The notes under the pieces were generated by a model, which was given only the letters and a program-made list of their open reading frames with translations, searched no databases and had not been told where the DNA came from. A stretch of 64,000 bases of DNA, taken from Candidatus Bathyarchaeota archaeon (lineage in GTDB: Archaea; Thermoproteota; Bathyarchaeia; 40CM-2-53-6; RBG-13-38-9). Positions 18,875 through 28,788 of this stretch are shown here, piece by piece. Position 1 is the stretch's first letter. Each line of letters opens with the position of its first letter. Location of the stretch: positions 992,001-1,056,000 of the forward strand of contig CAWECG010000003.1 of the NCBI GenBank assembly GCA_963807605.1, read 5' to 3'. The position numbers were made by a program, and so were the translations under genes.

Positions 18875-19498
18875 CTATCTGTTTATCGAATTGGATCTCA
18901 TGACGTAGAGGTCGACTTCAACGTCGTATTTTCTTCTTTTATGGAAGTCGTATGTTCTTGGTATCTGGAGTTCCATTTCGTAGAGGGCTTCTACGCTGCC
19001 GGAGTTCTTCTTTATCAGTTTGAGTAAGTAAAGTCGCGTACTTCGCTTATGTAAAGAGTAGGTTACGTCAGCTATCGAAAGGGCCTTTAGAAGGAATTTC
19101 CTATCAGCATGCTCCAATCTGGTTCCGAAGGGTGGATTCATTAACACGGTATCAAATGACCCTCGTATTGCGTCTATGTCAGAGTTTATCCAGAATATGC
19201 TATTCCGAGTCTGAAGGGACTTGGCGTTCTCCCTTGCGATTTGGATGCTGATCGGATCGATATCTACTGCTGTGACTTCTTTAGCTCCTAGGATGCTCGC
19301 CCCGATCGCGAGCCTTCCTGTGCCACATCCAAGATCTATGATGCTTTTGCTAGCAATGTCTCCGCGGATATTCGAAGCTATAGAGAGCATCTCAGCGGCT
19401 GTTCTAGAGGGTATGGTGTATTGTTCCAGCCAGACTTTCGGCCGGGGATGGACGATCAATCTGTCAAGTACAATCTCTATTTCCTTTCTACGGATCAT
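18875..19498 (-). CDS. METTL5-family N6-adenine RNA methyltransferase
   Basis: LEQY, DLGCGTG, NPPFG, YSLH. Confidence 0.9.
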   Translation of the reverse strand: MIRRKEIEIVLDRLIVHPRPKVWLEQYTIPSRTAAEMLSIASNIRGDIASKSIIDLGCGTGRLAIGASILGAKEVTAVDIDPISIQIARENAKSLQTRNSIFWINSDIDAIRGSFDTVLMNPPFGTRLEHADRKFLLKALSIADVTYSLHKRSTRLYLLKLIKKNSGSVEALYEMELQIPRTYDFHKRRKYDVEVDLYVMRSNSINR

Positions 19499-19533
19499 CG
19501 ATCAAATTTTTTCCTCGTCTTTAGAATTAAAGC

Positions 19534-20544
19534 TTAGAGTAAACCTTGGTCCACTAGATTCTCCCATGTCAATTCGCCGATCGCTACAAGCGCCTCTCTT
19601 GGCAACAAGATGGGCTTTGAGAATCTCTCAGCATCATCAAGAGCAAGTCTAGGGCAAGCCGTATTCACAAAAATCTGCACATCTTCAAAGTTCTGAACGG
19701 ATTCAGGCACAATTTCATCTGCAGCTATGATGACGACATTCTTACCTCGGCCCGAAATCATCTTCTTGAGTCTGATAACGCCCATAGGGTCGTATTGACC
19801 GGGTTTGGTTCCCATTACTATAGCAAAGTCCTTTGCTTTCTTTGCTTTGTCTATAGTTGCGTATCGACGTCGAATGATAGTTTCTCGTATCTTATTCATG
19901 TTTGTGACTTGATTTGAGTAAGGGTCTGCTTGGATAACAGGTTTCTTGACAGCCATCGCGGCTCCCAAACCGTGGAATCTGCTTCCAATGATGAGGAAGG
20001 CTTCAACCTTGTCAGCTATAGACTTTAGGGGCGTGTAGTCGCATCCAATGATCTGTCCACTATATATGTTGCGACCCCCCTTCGGTGTGACCACAACTTC
20101 TATCCCTAGCCTGTTCAAATAATCTCTGACGCCCTTGAGTTCATCTAGATGTTGAAGAGTTGTTGTGAGTCCAATCGTTCTCCAACCTGTGAGTTCTTGT
20201 TCTACCTTCTCGAGAACCGGCTTCAAATTCAGCTTTGATCTGGCGTCTAAGAAGACTACAGGTAGTCCATCAACGGCTGCAAATTGAGTGTGGCCATAAT
20301 GTACGATTAGATCTACGCCCAAGAGTATTGCTTGGTTGATTGCTATATCGCATGCTCCGTAACATGCGCTTGAAGATACGATCACGTCTGCCGAGGTTTT
20401 CTCCTCGATGATCTTTGAGAGTTTGGATGCTATGGGTTTGAGTCCGTCGGGAATCTGAATGAGGACTCTTCTTGCATTTCGTCTTGTTATTTCATCGAGC
20501 AAACGGTCTATCTCTAGGTCGTAATTGAGAGTCAACGGTGACAT
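19534..20544 (-). CDS. dph2: diphthamide biosynthesis enzyme Dph2
   Basis: Q.PDGLK, CYGACD, HYGH, GQIIGC, NTACPRL. Confidence 0.93.
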   Translation of the reverse strand: MSPLTLNYDLEIDRLLDEITRRNARRVLIQIPDGLKPIASKLSKIIEEKTSADVIVSSSACYGACDIAINQAILLGVDLIVHYGHTQFAAVDGLPVVFLDARSKLNLKPVLEKVEQELTGWRTIGLTTTLQHLDELKGVRDYLNRLGIEVVVTPKGGRNIYSGQIIGCDYTPLKSIADKVEAFLIIGSRFHGLGAAMAVKKPVIQADPYSNQVTNMNKIRETIIRRRYATIDKAKKAKDFAIVMGTKPGQYDPMGVIRLKKMISGRGKNVVIIAADEIVPESVQNFEDVQIFVNTACPRLALDDAERFSKPILLPREALVAIGELTWENLVDQGLL

Positions 20545-20612
20545 GTTCTATCCGTTTGGCTCTTACTGAGCCTAGAATAATATTGCAACTTATGATGATC
20601 TCTATTGACTGT

Positions 20613-21131
20613 TTAGGCCTCTATTTTTTGAGGGCTCTCAGCGAGTTTCTCGACTGCTATCCTACATGGCATCGGTAGTTTTTTTGAGCATTCGAATAGT
20701 GCTTCTTGGGCAAGTTTCAGGGTATTCTCATTCACGTAGATGTCAATCAGTTCTTGGTTTTGTGTCACCCTTGCAGCTCGGCTTGTGGGCTTACCGAAGG
20801 ATTTTCTCATGCCTTCTTGTAGCCTGTCAGCGCCTGCGGTGGCTATCATCTTATTCTCGCGAAGTACTACGTGTGGATAGATTCTAAGATGGAGAAGATA
20901 GCCTGTTTCTCCAAGCTTGTCGGTTAGCATTTTGTTGGCAGAAATTCTCGCAGCTTCTATGGCATTGTGGCGTATCTGCAGTCTTCCTTGGGAAATGAGT
21001 GTCACTTTATACTTGTAGTCTCCTTGGCCTCCCATCACATATTTCGAGATCTTTGATGCAGGTGAGCCATGGATATACTTGCCTCGTGTGTACGCTTGAC
21101 CTCTTGATGATCTATAGTTTCTCCCTTTCAT
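20613..21131 (-). CDS. rpl10e: 50S ribosomal protein L10e (uL16)
   Basis: QIRHNAIEAARI, YPHVVLRENKM...GADRLQEGMR.SFGKP. Confidence 0.97.
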   Translation of the reverse strand: MKGRNYRSSRGQAYTRGKYIHGSPASKISKYVMGGQGDYKYKVTLISQGRLQIRHNAIEAARISANKMLTDKLGETGYLLHLRIYPHVVLRENKMIATAGADRLQEGMRKSFGKPTSRAARVTQNQELIDIYVNENTLKLAQEALFECSKKLPMPCRIAVEKLAESPQKIEA

Positions 21132-21202
21132 TTCGACTCGCCGATTCCAAGAATGACCATTCCGTCTTATTTAAACATCCAGACTGACATCTATTGTCTC
21201 CA

Positions 21203-21922
21203 TTACCTTCCCTGCTGTCCGTATATTCTTATTTTGTCAGCGGCTCTCCTTAGTACGCCTATAATAAGCGTCGCTTCCCTCTCTGAAATTAGGCCACGTG
21301 AGATTACATTGCTTAGAGCCCTTCTAGCGAGTGGGACTCTATGGTGAGGGAGGTGAACCATTCTTGCGAGGTCCTCATATGTCTCAAGCAGTCTTTCCCT
21401 GACTTCTTTGTCTGCATTTTCAATCGAGCTTATCCTTCTAGTTCTTGTTGTTTGAAGTTCGTAAAGTGTTATGGAGACTGCTGTGGCTATGTTAAGAGTC
21501 CTGTAACTGTTGCTCGTTGGGATATTTACAACCAGATCGCATCTTGCGATCTCGGTATTCAACAGGCCTTGGCTTTCCCTGCCGAAAAGTATCGCGGCTC
21601 TGCTTTTCACGTTAACAGCCTTTCGAGCAAACTCCCTTAAAGTGAGCACTCTTCTGTTAAGGTTTGATCGACTATTTGCAACGATCGCTGTGGTTGCTAC
21701 AGCGTAGTCGCATTTGTCGAGCGCATCTTCAAGATTCGAGACTACTTTCGCTTTGGCCAGGAGGTCTTGAGCGTGGCTAGCTAGCATCCTAGCTTCTAAA
21801 CCGAGTTCTGCCTGTGGATTTACAAGCCAAAGGTCATCATATCCAAAGTTCTTCATTGCTCGGGCGATTAGTCCGATATTTCCATCGTGCTCTGGCTCTA
21901 CGAGGACCACTCGGGTTTTCAA
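21203..21922 (-). CDS. trmJ: TrmJ-like SPOUT tRNA methyltransferase
   Basis: VLVEP...NIG..ARAMKNFG; FGRE..GL.N.E...CD; IP..Y..LN. Confidence 0.85.
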   Translation of the reverse strand: MKTRVVLVEPEHDGNIGLIARAMKNFGYDDLWLVNPQAELGLEARMLASHAQDLLAKAKVVSNLEDALDKCDYAVATTAIVANSRSNLNRRVLTLREFARKAVNVKSRAAILFGRESQGLLNTEIARCDLVVNIPTSNSYRTLNIATAVSITLYELQTTRTRRISSIENADKEVRERLLETYEDLARMVHLPHHRVPLARRALSNVISRGLISEREATLIIGVLRRAADKIRIYGQQGR

Positions 21923-21937
21923 CTGATATCACTGAGT

Positions 21938-22759
21938 CTATCGGGAGAGGGTCTCTTTTCGGGCTACCAGGATAGGGGTGAGACCTCGAGCTATTTCCTC
22001 AAACTCCTCTACAGATAACTGAAAGACTCTCTTATCGAGAATACCCAACTCATAGATCTCCTTTGGAAAGGACTGGGTTCTATCTCGGAGATAGTGTTTG
22101 AGGGAGACTCTAAGGGTCCTCCTCCTCTGAGTGAATAATCCTCTGACGACATCGACGAAAGGCTCCTCATCAATTCCTTTCGTAGTATCTCCAAGTGTAA
22201 CCTTTATGATTGCTGAGTCGACCTTGGGTCTTGGGTTGAAAGCATCTCTGGAGATGTAGTCTAGTATCTCTGCGCGGGCTTTGTGAGCGATCATGACTGT
22301 TAGTCTACCGTAGTCTTTCGTCCCCGGTTTGGCGACTAATCTCTCAGCAAACTCCTTCTGGAGCGCTAGGATAATGGTCTGGCATCTGCGCCTTAGAAGA
22401 AGGAATAGTAGTTTTGAAGAGATGTTGTATGGGGGAGTCGCTACGACTTTGTCGTAGTCTGGGAGGTCTATCTTCAAGATATCTCCTGTTATTATCTCGA
22501 CTTTTGGATTGTTCAGAAACTTTCTACTTAGAAACTCAACTAATGCAGGATCCTTCTCTACTGCTATGACCTTCTTTGCCTTAGTCTGGAGAAGCTGTGT
22601 GAGGCCGCCCAGCCCAGGGCCAACTTCAAGAACGATGTCGTCGGGCGAGATCTCTGCGTAAGACGCTATCTTCTCAAGCCATCTCTTATCTGTTAGGAAG
22701 TTCTGGCCGAATCTTTTCTTTGGTACGAATGAGGTTGGGAGGCCTCTTGCATACATCAA
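21938..22759 (-). CDS. rsmA: 16S rRNA dimethyladenosine transferase
   Basis: GQNFL, EVGPGLG, PPYNISS, QKEFAERL, F.PRPKVDS. Confidence 0.95.
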   Translation of the reverse strand: MMYARGLPTSFVPKKRFGQNFLTDKRWLEKIASYAEISPDDIVLEVGPGLGGLTQLLQTKAKKVIAVEKDPALVEFLSRKFLNNPKVEIITGDILKIDLPDYDKVVATPPYNISSKLLFLLLRRRCQTIILALQKEFAERLVAKPGTKDYGRLTVMIAHKARAEILDYISRDAFNPRPKVDSAIIKVTLGDTTKGIDEEPFVDVVRGLFTQRRRTLRVSLKHYLRDRTQSFPKEIYELGILDKRVFQLSVEEFEEIARGLTPILVARKETLSR

Positions 22760-23412
22760 GTTGCCCTTACGAACAGTCTGTATTTCGACTCGCCAATTAA
22801 TTCTTCTACGATTCTCTTAGCGATCGTCCTCGCAGGATCGGTTATTCCAGCTCGAGTCTGGATATCTTTGAAACTCTCGAATGGTTTCTTCTCTCTCGTA
22901 TCGATGACGTGCCACATTGACTTCTTTCCTATGCCTGGGAGAAGCTCAAGTGAATGCATTCTGGGAGTGATCGGTTGGGCTCTGTTAAAGAAATCCACAA
23001 AGTCACCTTCACGTTTCTCAACCAGCTCCTCAAGCATCGATGGAATCTCTACCTTAGCTGTGGCCGTCAACTCATCGTAGCTTATTCTTCCTATGATTCT
23101 CTCGACCTTGTCACGCTTATCTTTGCCGACGTACAGCCTTTCGTGAAGGAGCACGTCGATCCCATGTTTAGGTTCTAACTCAAGCAATGTGAAGTAACTC
23201 TCCCCCACTGCTTGGACTGTTGGAGCGGCCATATGCCGGTATCTATCATGAGTAAGTCTTCCTGTTGGAAGGTAATCGAGAACGTAAGCATACTCCTCAT
23301 ACGTTCTTCTCGCGGAGACATCATACTCAGGGTCTCTTTGATCTAATCTCCTGTCTCCGTATTGTTTTGTAGGAATTGACATACTCTTCCTCCCGCAGCT
23401 TGGATTATTCAA
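22756..23412 (-). CDS. DUF655 family RNA-binding protein
   Basis: EEYAYVLDY, GE.YFTLLE, RMHSLELLPGIGKK. Confidence 0.9.
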   Translation of the reverse strand: MNNPSCGRKSMSIPTKQYGDRRLDQRDPEYDVSARRTYEEYAYVLDYLPTGRLTHDRYRHMAAPTVQAVGESYFTLLELEPKHGIDVLLHERLYVGKDKRDKVERIIGRISYDELTATAKVEIPSMLEELVEKREGDFVDFFNRAQPITPRMHSLELLPGIGKKSMWHVIDTREKKPFESFKDIQTRAGITDPARTIAKRIVEELIGESKYRLFVRAT

Positions 23413-23703
23413 AAAGCACTCTAAGATCTGAGAACTATATTCGTCGGTCCGGACAGCATGCGACGTATGTTGCTGTAGGAGGGTGGCTCCAATAGTGTTA
23501 CTTCCAACTCCTAGAAGGTGTGCTTCTTTAAGAAAAGGTTTTCCTTAGATCTAGACTTCTCTGGGGAGAAAGGCGACAATTCGGAATCCCGCTTCGCATT
23601 TAGTCAGTCGAAGGAGGTAGATTCTCCGCAAAGGGCGATATGCCAAGTATCTTGGTCTTGAAACGGTTGAATATGTGGGGTCGAGCTGCAAATTGGCCAT
23701 TTT

Positions 23704-24252
23704 TTAGAGAATTTTGGTGATTTGGTCCACGCTGTTTACCTTTCGGTACTTCTTCATCACCCTTCTCTTAAGCTCGGTCCCGCATACCTCACATTTTCTG
23801 TCGAGGTAGTTATGAGGGTATCTCCTGAAACATGCCGGACAGTAAAATGACCAATTGAACTCGTAGCTTATGCCGAAGGTTGCTAGAAAGGTGTAGCTGA
23901 GACCCAAGTGCTCAGCAACGTTCTGTATTGCATAGTCGTCGCTGACTATTACAGGATTTCTTCCCTCCATTCTCAGGTCGAGGCTCAGGGCAAGTATCTT
24001 GAGGTCGGCTTTCGAGAGGGCATCTCTCTCTCCAAGCTTTAACGATGCCTTCCTCACAGCCCCGTAAGAGGACGGTAGTGGTTCTCTCACCAGTAAGCTT
24101 CCATTATCTCTAGATGTAGAGAACCTTAACGCCGGCATACTCTTGGGTGGCAACTCAGACTCGACCTCAGGAACTGAATAGGCTTGACCCTTGATCATCG
24201 ACGGATTGATTCCCATGATCAGGGCCGATGTATCAAGTACGTGTATTGTCAT
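23704..24252 (-). CDS. nob1: Nob1 family endoribonuclease (PIN plus Zn ribbon)
   Basis: VLDTSA, LS.AD, SDDYAIQNVA, CPAC...CEVCG. Confidence 0.9.
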   Translation of the reverse strand: MTIHVLDTSALIMGINPSMIKGQAYSVPEVESELPPKSMPALRFSTSRDNGSLLVREPLPSSYGAVRKASLKLGERDALSKADLKILALSLDLRMEGRNPVIVSDDYAIQNVAEHLGLSYTFLATFGISYEFNWSFYCPACFRRYPHNYLDRKCEVCGTELKRRVMKKYRKVNSVDQITKIL

Positions 24253-25105
24253 CCTCTCTCGCGCTCCATCTTTGCGGACGTGCTAGGGTTCGGTTCAAGA
24301 AGGAAGAGTTCAGCCTAACGAAGACAGCTTTGTTCTTAGACTTTCTGATGGTCAAGAAACTGCCAGGTGGTAGATGTTTCGTGTAGCGGCCGTCGACTGT
24401 AATTACAGCTCTCAGCTTAGGGTCTGCCAATCTAACTTGAAGATCGCCTATCGAGGAGAAGACGAGTGCACGGACGTAGTCTGACGGACAGATGAATACC
24501 GCGGTGAAGGCATCAAGAGAAGTCTGTAATACTGGGCCGCCAGCCGAGAGAGCATGAGCCGTTGAGCCCGTCGGTGTGGCAATAATAAGGCCGTCAGCCC
24601 TCTGGTCCACTAGATTTCCGTTATCGTGCTTCAATTCAAAATGGAGCATCTTCCAAGAAGTTGCAGGAGTTATAAGGACTTCATTGAGCCCATCTATCAA
24701 CAATTTATCTTCAAAGTAAATCGACAATTTGGAATGTTCTTGTAGGCCGTGTTTCCCAAGCAGACACTCTTTTAGAGCTTTGAGCGCATTTTCAGGTTCG
24801 ACCTCCGTCAAATATCCGCGTCTTCCCATATTGACAGCCAATATTGGCGTCTCAGGTTTCTGGATGCTCATGATCGTCTTCAGGACCGTTCCATCCCCAC
24901 CAATGGTAACGATAAGGTCAGCATTCATCTCGGTGAGAGATACGCCTCCATCGATATTCTTCAATCTTGCAAATTCAATTTCGGGCAGAGCATTGACTCT
25001 GTTAGATTTCAGGTATCTATGAAGATTCGTCGCCAGCCCCAGAGCATCTTCGCTGTCTAGGCGTGGAACAATCCCGACACTCCTGAACAATAGTGTCACC
25101 TGCAA
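24233..25105 (-). CDS. nadK: NAD kinase
   Basis: GGDGT, NE, DG..IATPTGSTA..LSAGGP. Confidence 0.93.
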   Translation of the reverse strand: MQVTLLFRSVGIVPRLDSEDALGLATNLHRYLKSNRVNALPEIEFARLKNIDGGVSLTEMNADLIVTIGGDGTVLKTIMSIQKPETPILAVNMGRRGYLTEVEPENALKALKECLLGKHGLQEHSKLSIYFEDKLLIDGLNEVLITPATSWKMLHFELKHDNGNLVDQRADGLIIATPTGSTAHALSAGGPVLQTSLDAFTAVFICPSDYVRALVFSSIGDLQVRLADPKLRAVITVDGRYTKHLPPGSFLTIRKSKNKAVFVRLNSSFLNRTLARPQRWSAREDDNTRT

Positions 25106-25222
25106 TCTTTGAGAGTGCTAAATGTTATAGTTGCGACTCTAACCTTAAGAGGTTATGTCAGACCGCCCAAAGTCTTTTAGCCTGTTAATGTAGACTGGAA
25201 TCGAGACGCTGAGGAGATCCTG

Positions 25223-25615
25223 ATGAGCAAGCCCACCGATGTAGGAAGCATAAAGGTAGGCCAGTACATAGTTATAGACAATGAACCCTGCAGAGTAGTG
25301 GAGTACGAGAAGAGCAAACCGGGCAAGCATGGGGCTGCGAAGGCAAGGATCGTAGCTATGGGAATCTTCACTGAGCAGAAGAGAAACGTCATAAGTCCGG
25401 TCGATGCAAAGATCGACGTACCTGTCATAGAGAAGCGAAGTGGGCAAGTGCTAGCTCTGATGAGCGAGATGGTTCAAATAATGGACCTTGAGAGCTACGA
25501 GACTTTTGAGACGCCTCTTCCAAAAGAGACGGAACTTAGATCTAAAATGAATTCTGGGGTAGAAGTCGAGTACTGGAAGATGGCTGGCGGGATTAAGATA
25601 ATAAGAACTAAGTGA
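25223..25615 (+). CDS. eif5a: translation factor aIF5A
   Basis: Hypusine motif KPGKHGAAK. Confidence 0.97.
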   Translation: MSKPTDVGSIKVGQYIVIDNEPCRVVEYEKSKPGKHGAAKARIVAMGIFTEQKRNVISPVDAKIDVPVIEKRSGQVLALMSEMVQIMDLESYETFETPLPKETELRSKMNSGVEVEYWKMAGGIKIIRTK

Positions 25616-25663
25616 TCTTTGTAGCAACCCCTCATTTTCTGGGGCAGGATTTGGGTTGAAGAG

Positions 25664-26596
25664 ATGCCCTACGTAAGACAGATGAAGATAAGGCCTGGGA
25701 TGCGACTCACAGATGTCATAAGAGAGATGAGTAGAGCAGGCGTTTTGGGAGCTGGAAGGTTTGCCCGGGCCGTCGATATTGTAAGAGAGATATTCAATAA
25801 GGACTACACTTGCTTTCTCTCGTTAGCTGGCCCTGTGGTGGCCGGTGGACTTAGACTAATAATACGAGACCTAATACATTATGATTATTTGGACGCTGTG
25901 ATCTCAACGGGCGCCAATATGACTCATGACGTCATAGAGGCACTGGGATACAAGCACAGCATTGGAACAGCAGCCGCAAGGGACGCCTCCCTAAGGGAAA
26001 AAGGGATCGGCCGAATATACGACATAAACATAGGCATGAAGGCCTTCGAGGGCCTTGAGAGATGGACCTACAGATTTCTAGATAAACTACCAGAAGAGAT
26101 GAGAATTGGTGTGGCCGGATATGAGCTCCTGTGGGAGATTGGAAGAAATCTCAAAGATGAGAATTCCATCTTGAAGGCAGCTTACAAGAAAAAAGTTCCC
26201 ATAGTCTGCCCCGCCCTACAAGATTCGATGCTTGGAATGAACCTGTGGACCTATAGTACGTTAAGGAAGCTCACAATAAACCAATTCAAAGATCTTACGA
26301 AACTCACCGAGATCTCTTCTGAGGCAGAGAAGGTCGGGGCAATAATCATCGGCGGTGGCGTGCCCAAACACCACCTCTTGATAGCTAACATTCTAAGAGG
26401 AGGGGTTGACGTAGCTGTTCAGATAACGATGGATCGACCCGAAGCAGGCGGTTTCAGTGGCGCCCCTCTTGAGGAGGCCATAAGCTGGCGGAAGATCCGA
26501 AACGAGAAAAAAATTGTTACTCTAATAAGCGACGCAACAATAGCCTTCCCCTTAATAGTGGCCGCTGCGCTAGACACCAAACAGAGAAACCGCTGA
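25664..26596 (+). CDS. dys: deoxyhypusine synthase
   Basis: TGAN..HD, GGGVPKH, GG.SGA..EAISW.K; follows aIF5A. Confidence 0.93.
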   Translation: MPYVRQMKIRPGMRLTDVIREMSRAGVLGAGRFARAVDIVREIFNKDYTCFLSLAGPVVAGGLRLIIRDLIHYDYLDAVISTGANMTHDVIEALGYKHSIGTAAARDASLREKGIGRIYDINIGMKAFEGLERWTYRFLDKLPEEMRIGVAGYELLWEIGRNLKDENSILKAAYKKKVPIVCPALQDSMLGMNLWTYSTLRKLTINQFKDLTKLTEISSEAEKVGAIIIGGGVPKHHLLIANILRGGVDVAVQITMDRPEAGGFSGAPLEEAISWRKIRNEKKIVTLISDATIAFPLIVAAALDTKQRNR

Positions 26597-26633
26597 ACTA
26601 ATTCAGAGAAAAATAGATTCTGAAAATTGACTG

Positions 26634-27974
26634 GTGAATTCGTTGAGTGCACTTGACAGTTTAGGGAAGTCACTCGGCGACGCTGTTAAAAAACTCCTCA
26701 GGTTGCCAATAGTTGACGAAAAAGCCATAAAAGAATTAGTCAAAGACCTCCAGCGAATCCTCCTGGCAGCAGATGTCAACGTCAATCTTGTTCTCCAGAT
26801 CTCAAAGAACGTGGAGGAGAGATCCCTAAAGGAAACTCTTCCACCAGGCGTATCACGAAGAGAACACGTCATAAAAGTGCTTTACGAAGAGATAACACGC
26901 TTTCTCGGTGAAAAGCCGACAAAGCTCTCTCTCGAGCCAGGTCACACAACGACAATAATGCTAGTCGGTATCCAAGGAAGCGGAAAGACAACTGGTGCAG
27001 TAAAGCTTGCAAGGTTCTATCAGAAGCGCGGACTCAAAACAGCGATAGTATGCACAGACACGTTCAGGCCTGGGGCCTTCGAGCAGCTCAAACAACTAGC
27101 CGACCGAGTAGGTATTGTAACCTTCGGACTGAAAGACGAGACTAAACCTGAGAGAATAGCTCGAGAAGGTTTGGGGACTCTCGGTAAAGGGGGCTTCGAC
27201 GTCATCATAATAGACACCGCAGGACGACACAAGAACGAGAAAGACCTCATGGAAGAGATGTGCAGACTCTCAGATGCCATAAAGCCCGACGAGGTCATGC
27301 TAGTCATAGATGGAACGATTGGTCAACAAGCAACGACACAGGCCGCGGCCTTCAACAGTTCAACCCCAATAGGATCTATATACGTGACAAAACTGGACGG
27401 TTCTGCCAAAGGCGGCGGCGCCCTCTCAGCCGTTGCAGCCACAGGCTCAAAGATCAAATTCATCGGCACAGGAGAAAAGATTGAGGACATTGAACAATTC
27501 ATCCCGGCGAACTTCGTCGGAAGGCTCATGGGGATGGGCGACATTCAAGCCCTTGTTGAACGAGTGAAAGAAGCTGAACTCAGTCTTCCAAAAGGGAAGG
27601 CAAAGGACATACTTCATGGCAAATTCACACTCAAAGACTTGTATGACCAAATGGAAGCCATCAGAAAGATGGGTCCCCTAAAGAAGATCTGGAGTATGGT
27701 TCCCGGAGGCTACAATCTCCCCGAAGAGATGGCTGAAGTCGCCGAGAAGAGGCTGGACTCTTGGAGGGTCATAATTCAATCAATGCGCCTCGAAGAGATT
27801 GAGAACCCCAAGATGATCGATTCCTCAAGGACACGACGAATAGCAAGAGGGTCTGGAAAGAGCGAAAGAGACGTAAAGGAACTCCTGAGCCAGCATGCAA
27901 CGATGAGAAGAATGATGAAGTCGATGAGAAGACAGCAATCCAAACTAATTAGAAAACTCCCCTTCCAGACTTAA
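26634..27974 (+). CDS. srp54: signal recognition particle protein SRP54
   Basis: [27 protein letters not shown] domain RIARGSG. Confidence 0.97.
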   Translation: MNSLSALDSLGKSLGDAVKKLLRLPIVDEKAIKELVKDLQRILLAADVNVNLVLQISKNVEERSLKETLPPGVSRREHVIKVLYEEITRFLGEKPTKLSLEPGHTTTIMLVGIQGSGKTTGAVKLARFYQKRGLKTAIVCTDTFRPGAFEQLKQLADRVGIVTFGLKDETKPERIAREGLGTLGKGGFDVIIIDTAGRHKNEKDLMEEMCRLSDAIKPDEVMLVIDGTIGQQATTQAAAFNSSTPIGSIYVTKLDGSAKGGGALSAVAATGSKIKFIGTGEKIEDIEQFIPANFVGRLMGMGDIQALVERVKEAELSLPKGKAKDILHGKFTLKDLYDQMEAIRKMGPLKKIWSMVPGGYNLPEEMAEVAEKRLDSWRVIIQSMRLEEIENPKMIDSSRTRRIARGSGKSERDVKELLSQHATMRRMMKSMRRQQSKLIRKLPFQT

Positions 27975-28059
27975 AACAGGACTTGGGAATTGTTTATAAG
28001 AAGACTACACGAAAAGGGTTGAAGTTCTCCCGACACAAACGAGCTAGAGATGGATCATA

Positions 28060-28356
28060 ATGGTAAGAAAGTCCAAAGGTTACCGACGAGATACTAGACA
28101 ACTCTTCAGGAAGAAGCCACGCCAGAGAGGCAAGATCGGGCTGAGCAGACTCCTACAACCCTACAGGATCGGAGATCGCGTAGTCATAAAGGTTGAACCT
28201 AGCCTCCACAAAGGTATGCCGTATAAAAGGTTTCACGGAAGAGTCGGCGTTGTTAAACAGCAACGTGGAAGGAGTTACATGGTAACCGTAACCTCAGGGG
28301 GGAAAGAGAAACAGGTCATTGCACGACCTGAACATCTTAGACCCTTCACGGGATGA
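28060..28356 (+). CDS. rpl21e: 50S ribosomal protein L21e
   Basis: SKGYRR.TR, KGMP.KRFHGR.G, PEHL. Confidence 0.96.
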   Translation: MVRKSKGYRRDTRQLFRKKPRQRGKIGLSRLLQPYRIGDRVVIKVEPSLHKGMPYKRFHGRVGVVKQQRGRSYMVTVTSGGKEKQVIARPEHLRPFTG

Positions 28357-28360
28357 GCTT

Positions 28361-28705
28361 ATGCCAAGAAAGATCCTTGATGGGACTGAAGCAACGATTG
28401 CCGAGGCAAGAAGGTTCCTTGAACGGGCCGACGTGGAAGAGCTGGGAGAGTTTCAGAAGAGAGTTCTTGAGTACACTCAGAAATTCTCGAAATTGAAAGC
28501 TGACAGAGCGCGAAAGCTCACCGGAGAATTAACATCTAATTTTGGCATTGAGAAGAAAGAAGCAATCCAAGTAGCGAATTGCATGCCTCAGACCACAGGG
28601 GAACTGAGATCCGTATTATCAGTCAAGGGAAAGATCCTCAGTACAGAACAGCTTCAAGAGATGCTCAAAGTCATAGACAAGTTCAGAGAAAAGGAAAAAG
28701 AATAG
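28361..28705 (+). CDS. rpoF: RNA polymerase subunit F (Rpo4)
   Basis: Q...LEY..KFSKL; A.Q..N.MP....ELR; follows rpl21e. Confidence 0.9.
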   Translation: MPRKILDGTEATIAEARRFLERADVEELGEFQKRVLEYTQKFSKLKADRARKLTGELTSNFGIEKKEAIQVANCMPQTTGELRSVLSVKGKILSTEQLQEMLKVIDKFREKEKE

Positions 28706-28788
28706 CTACGCGCGCGCTATTATCATTACGATTAAGACTGCAAGAATTGCTAATTTATCCAAGGTAATTTGTCCTCTGGCAAGATTCG

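Noticed and set aside
23551-23700. 49-aa minus-strand ORF after nob1
   Set aside because: No recognisable motif; lies in the putative inversion breakpoint.
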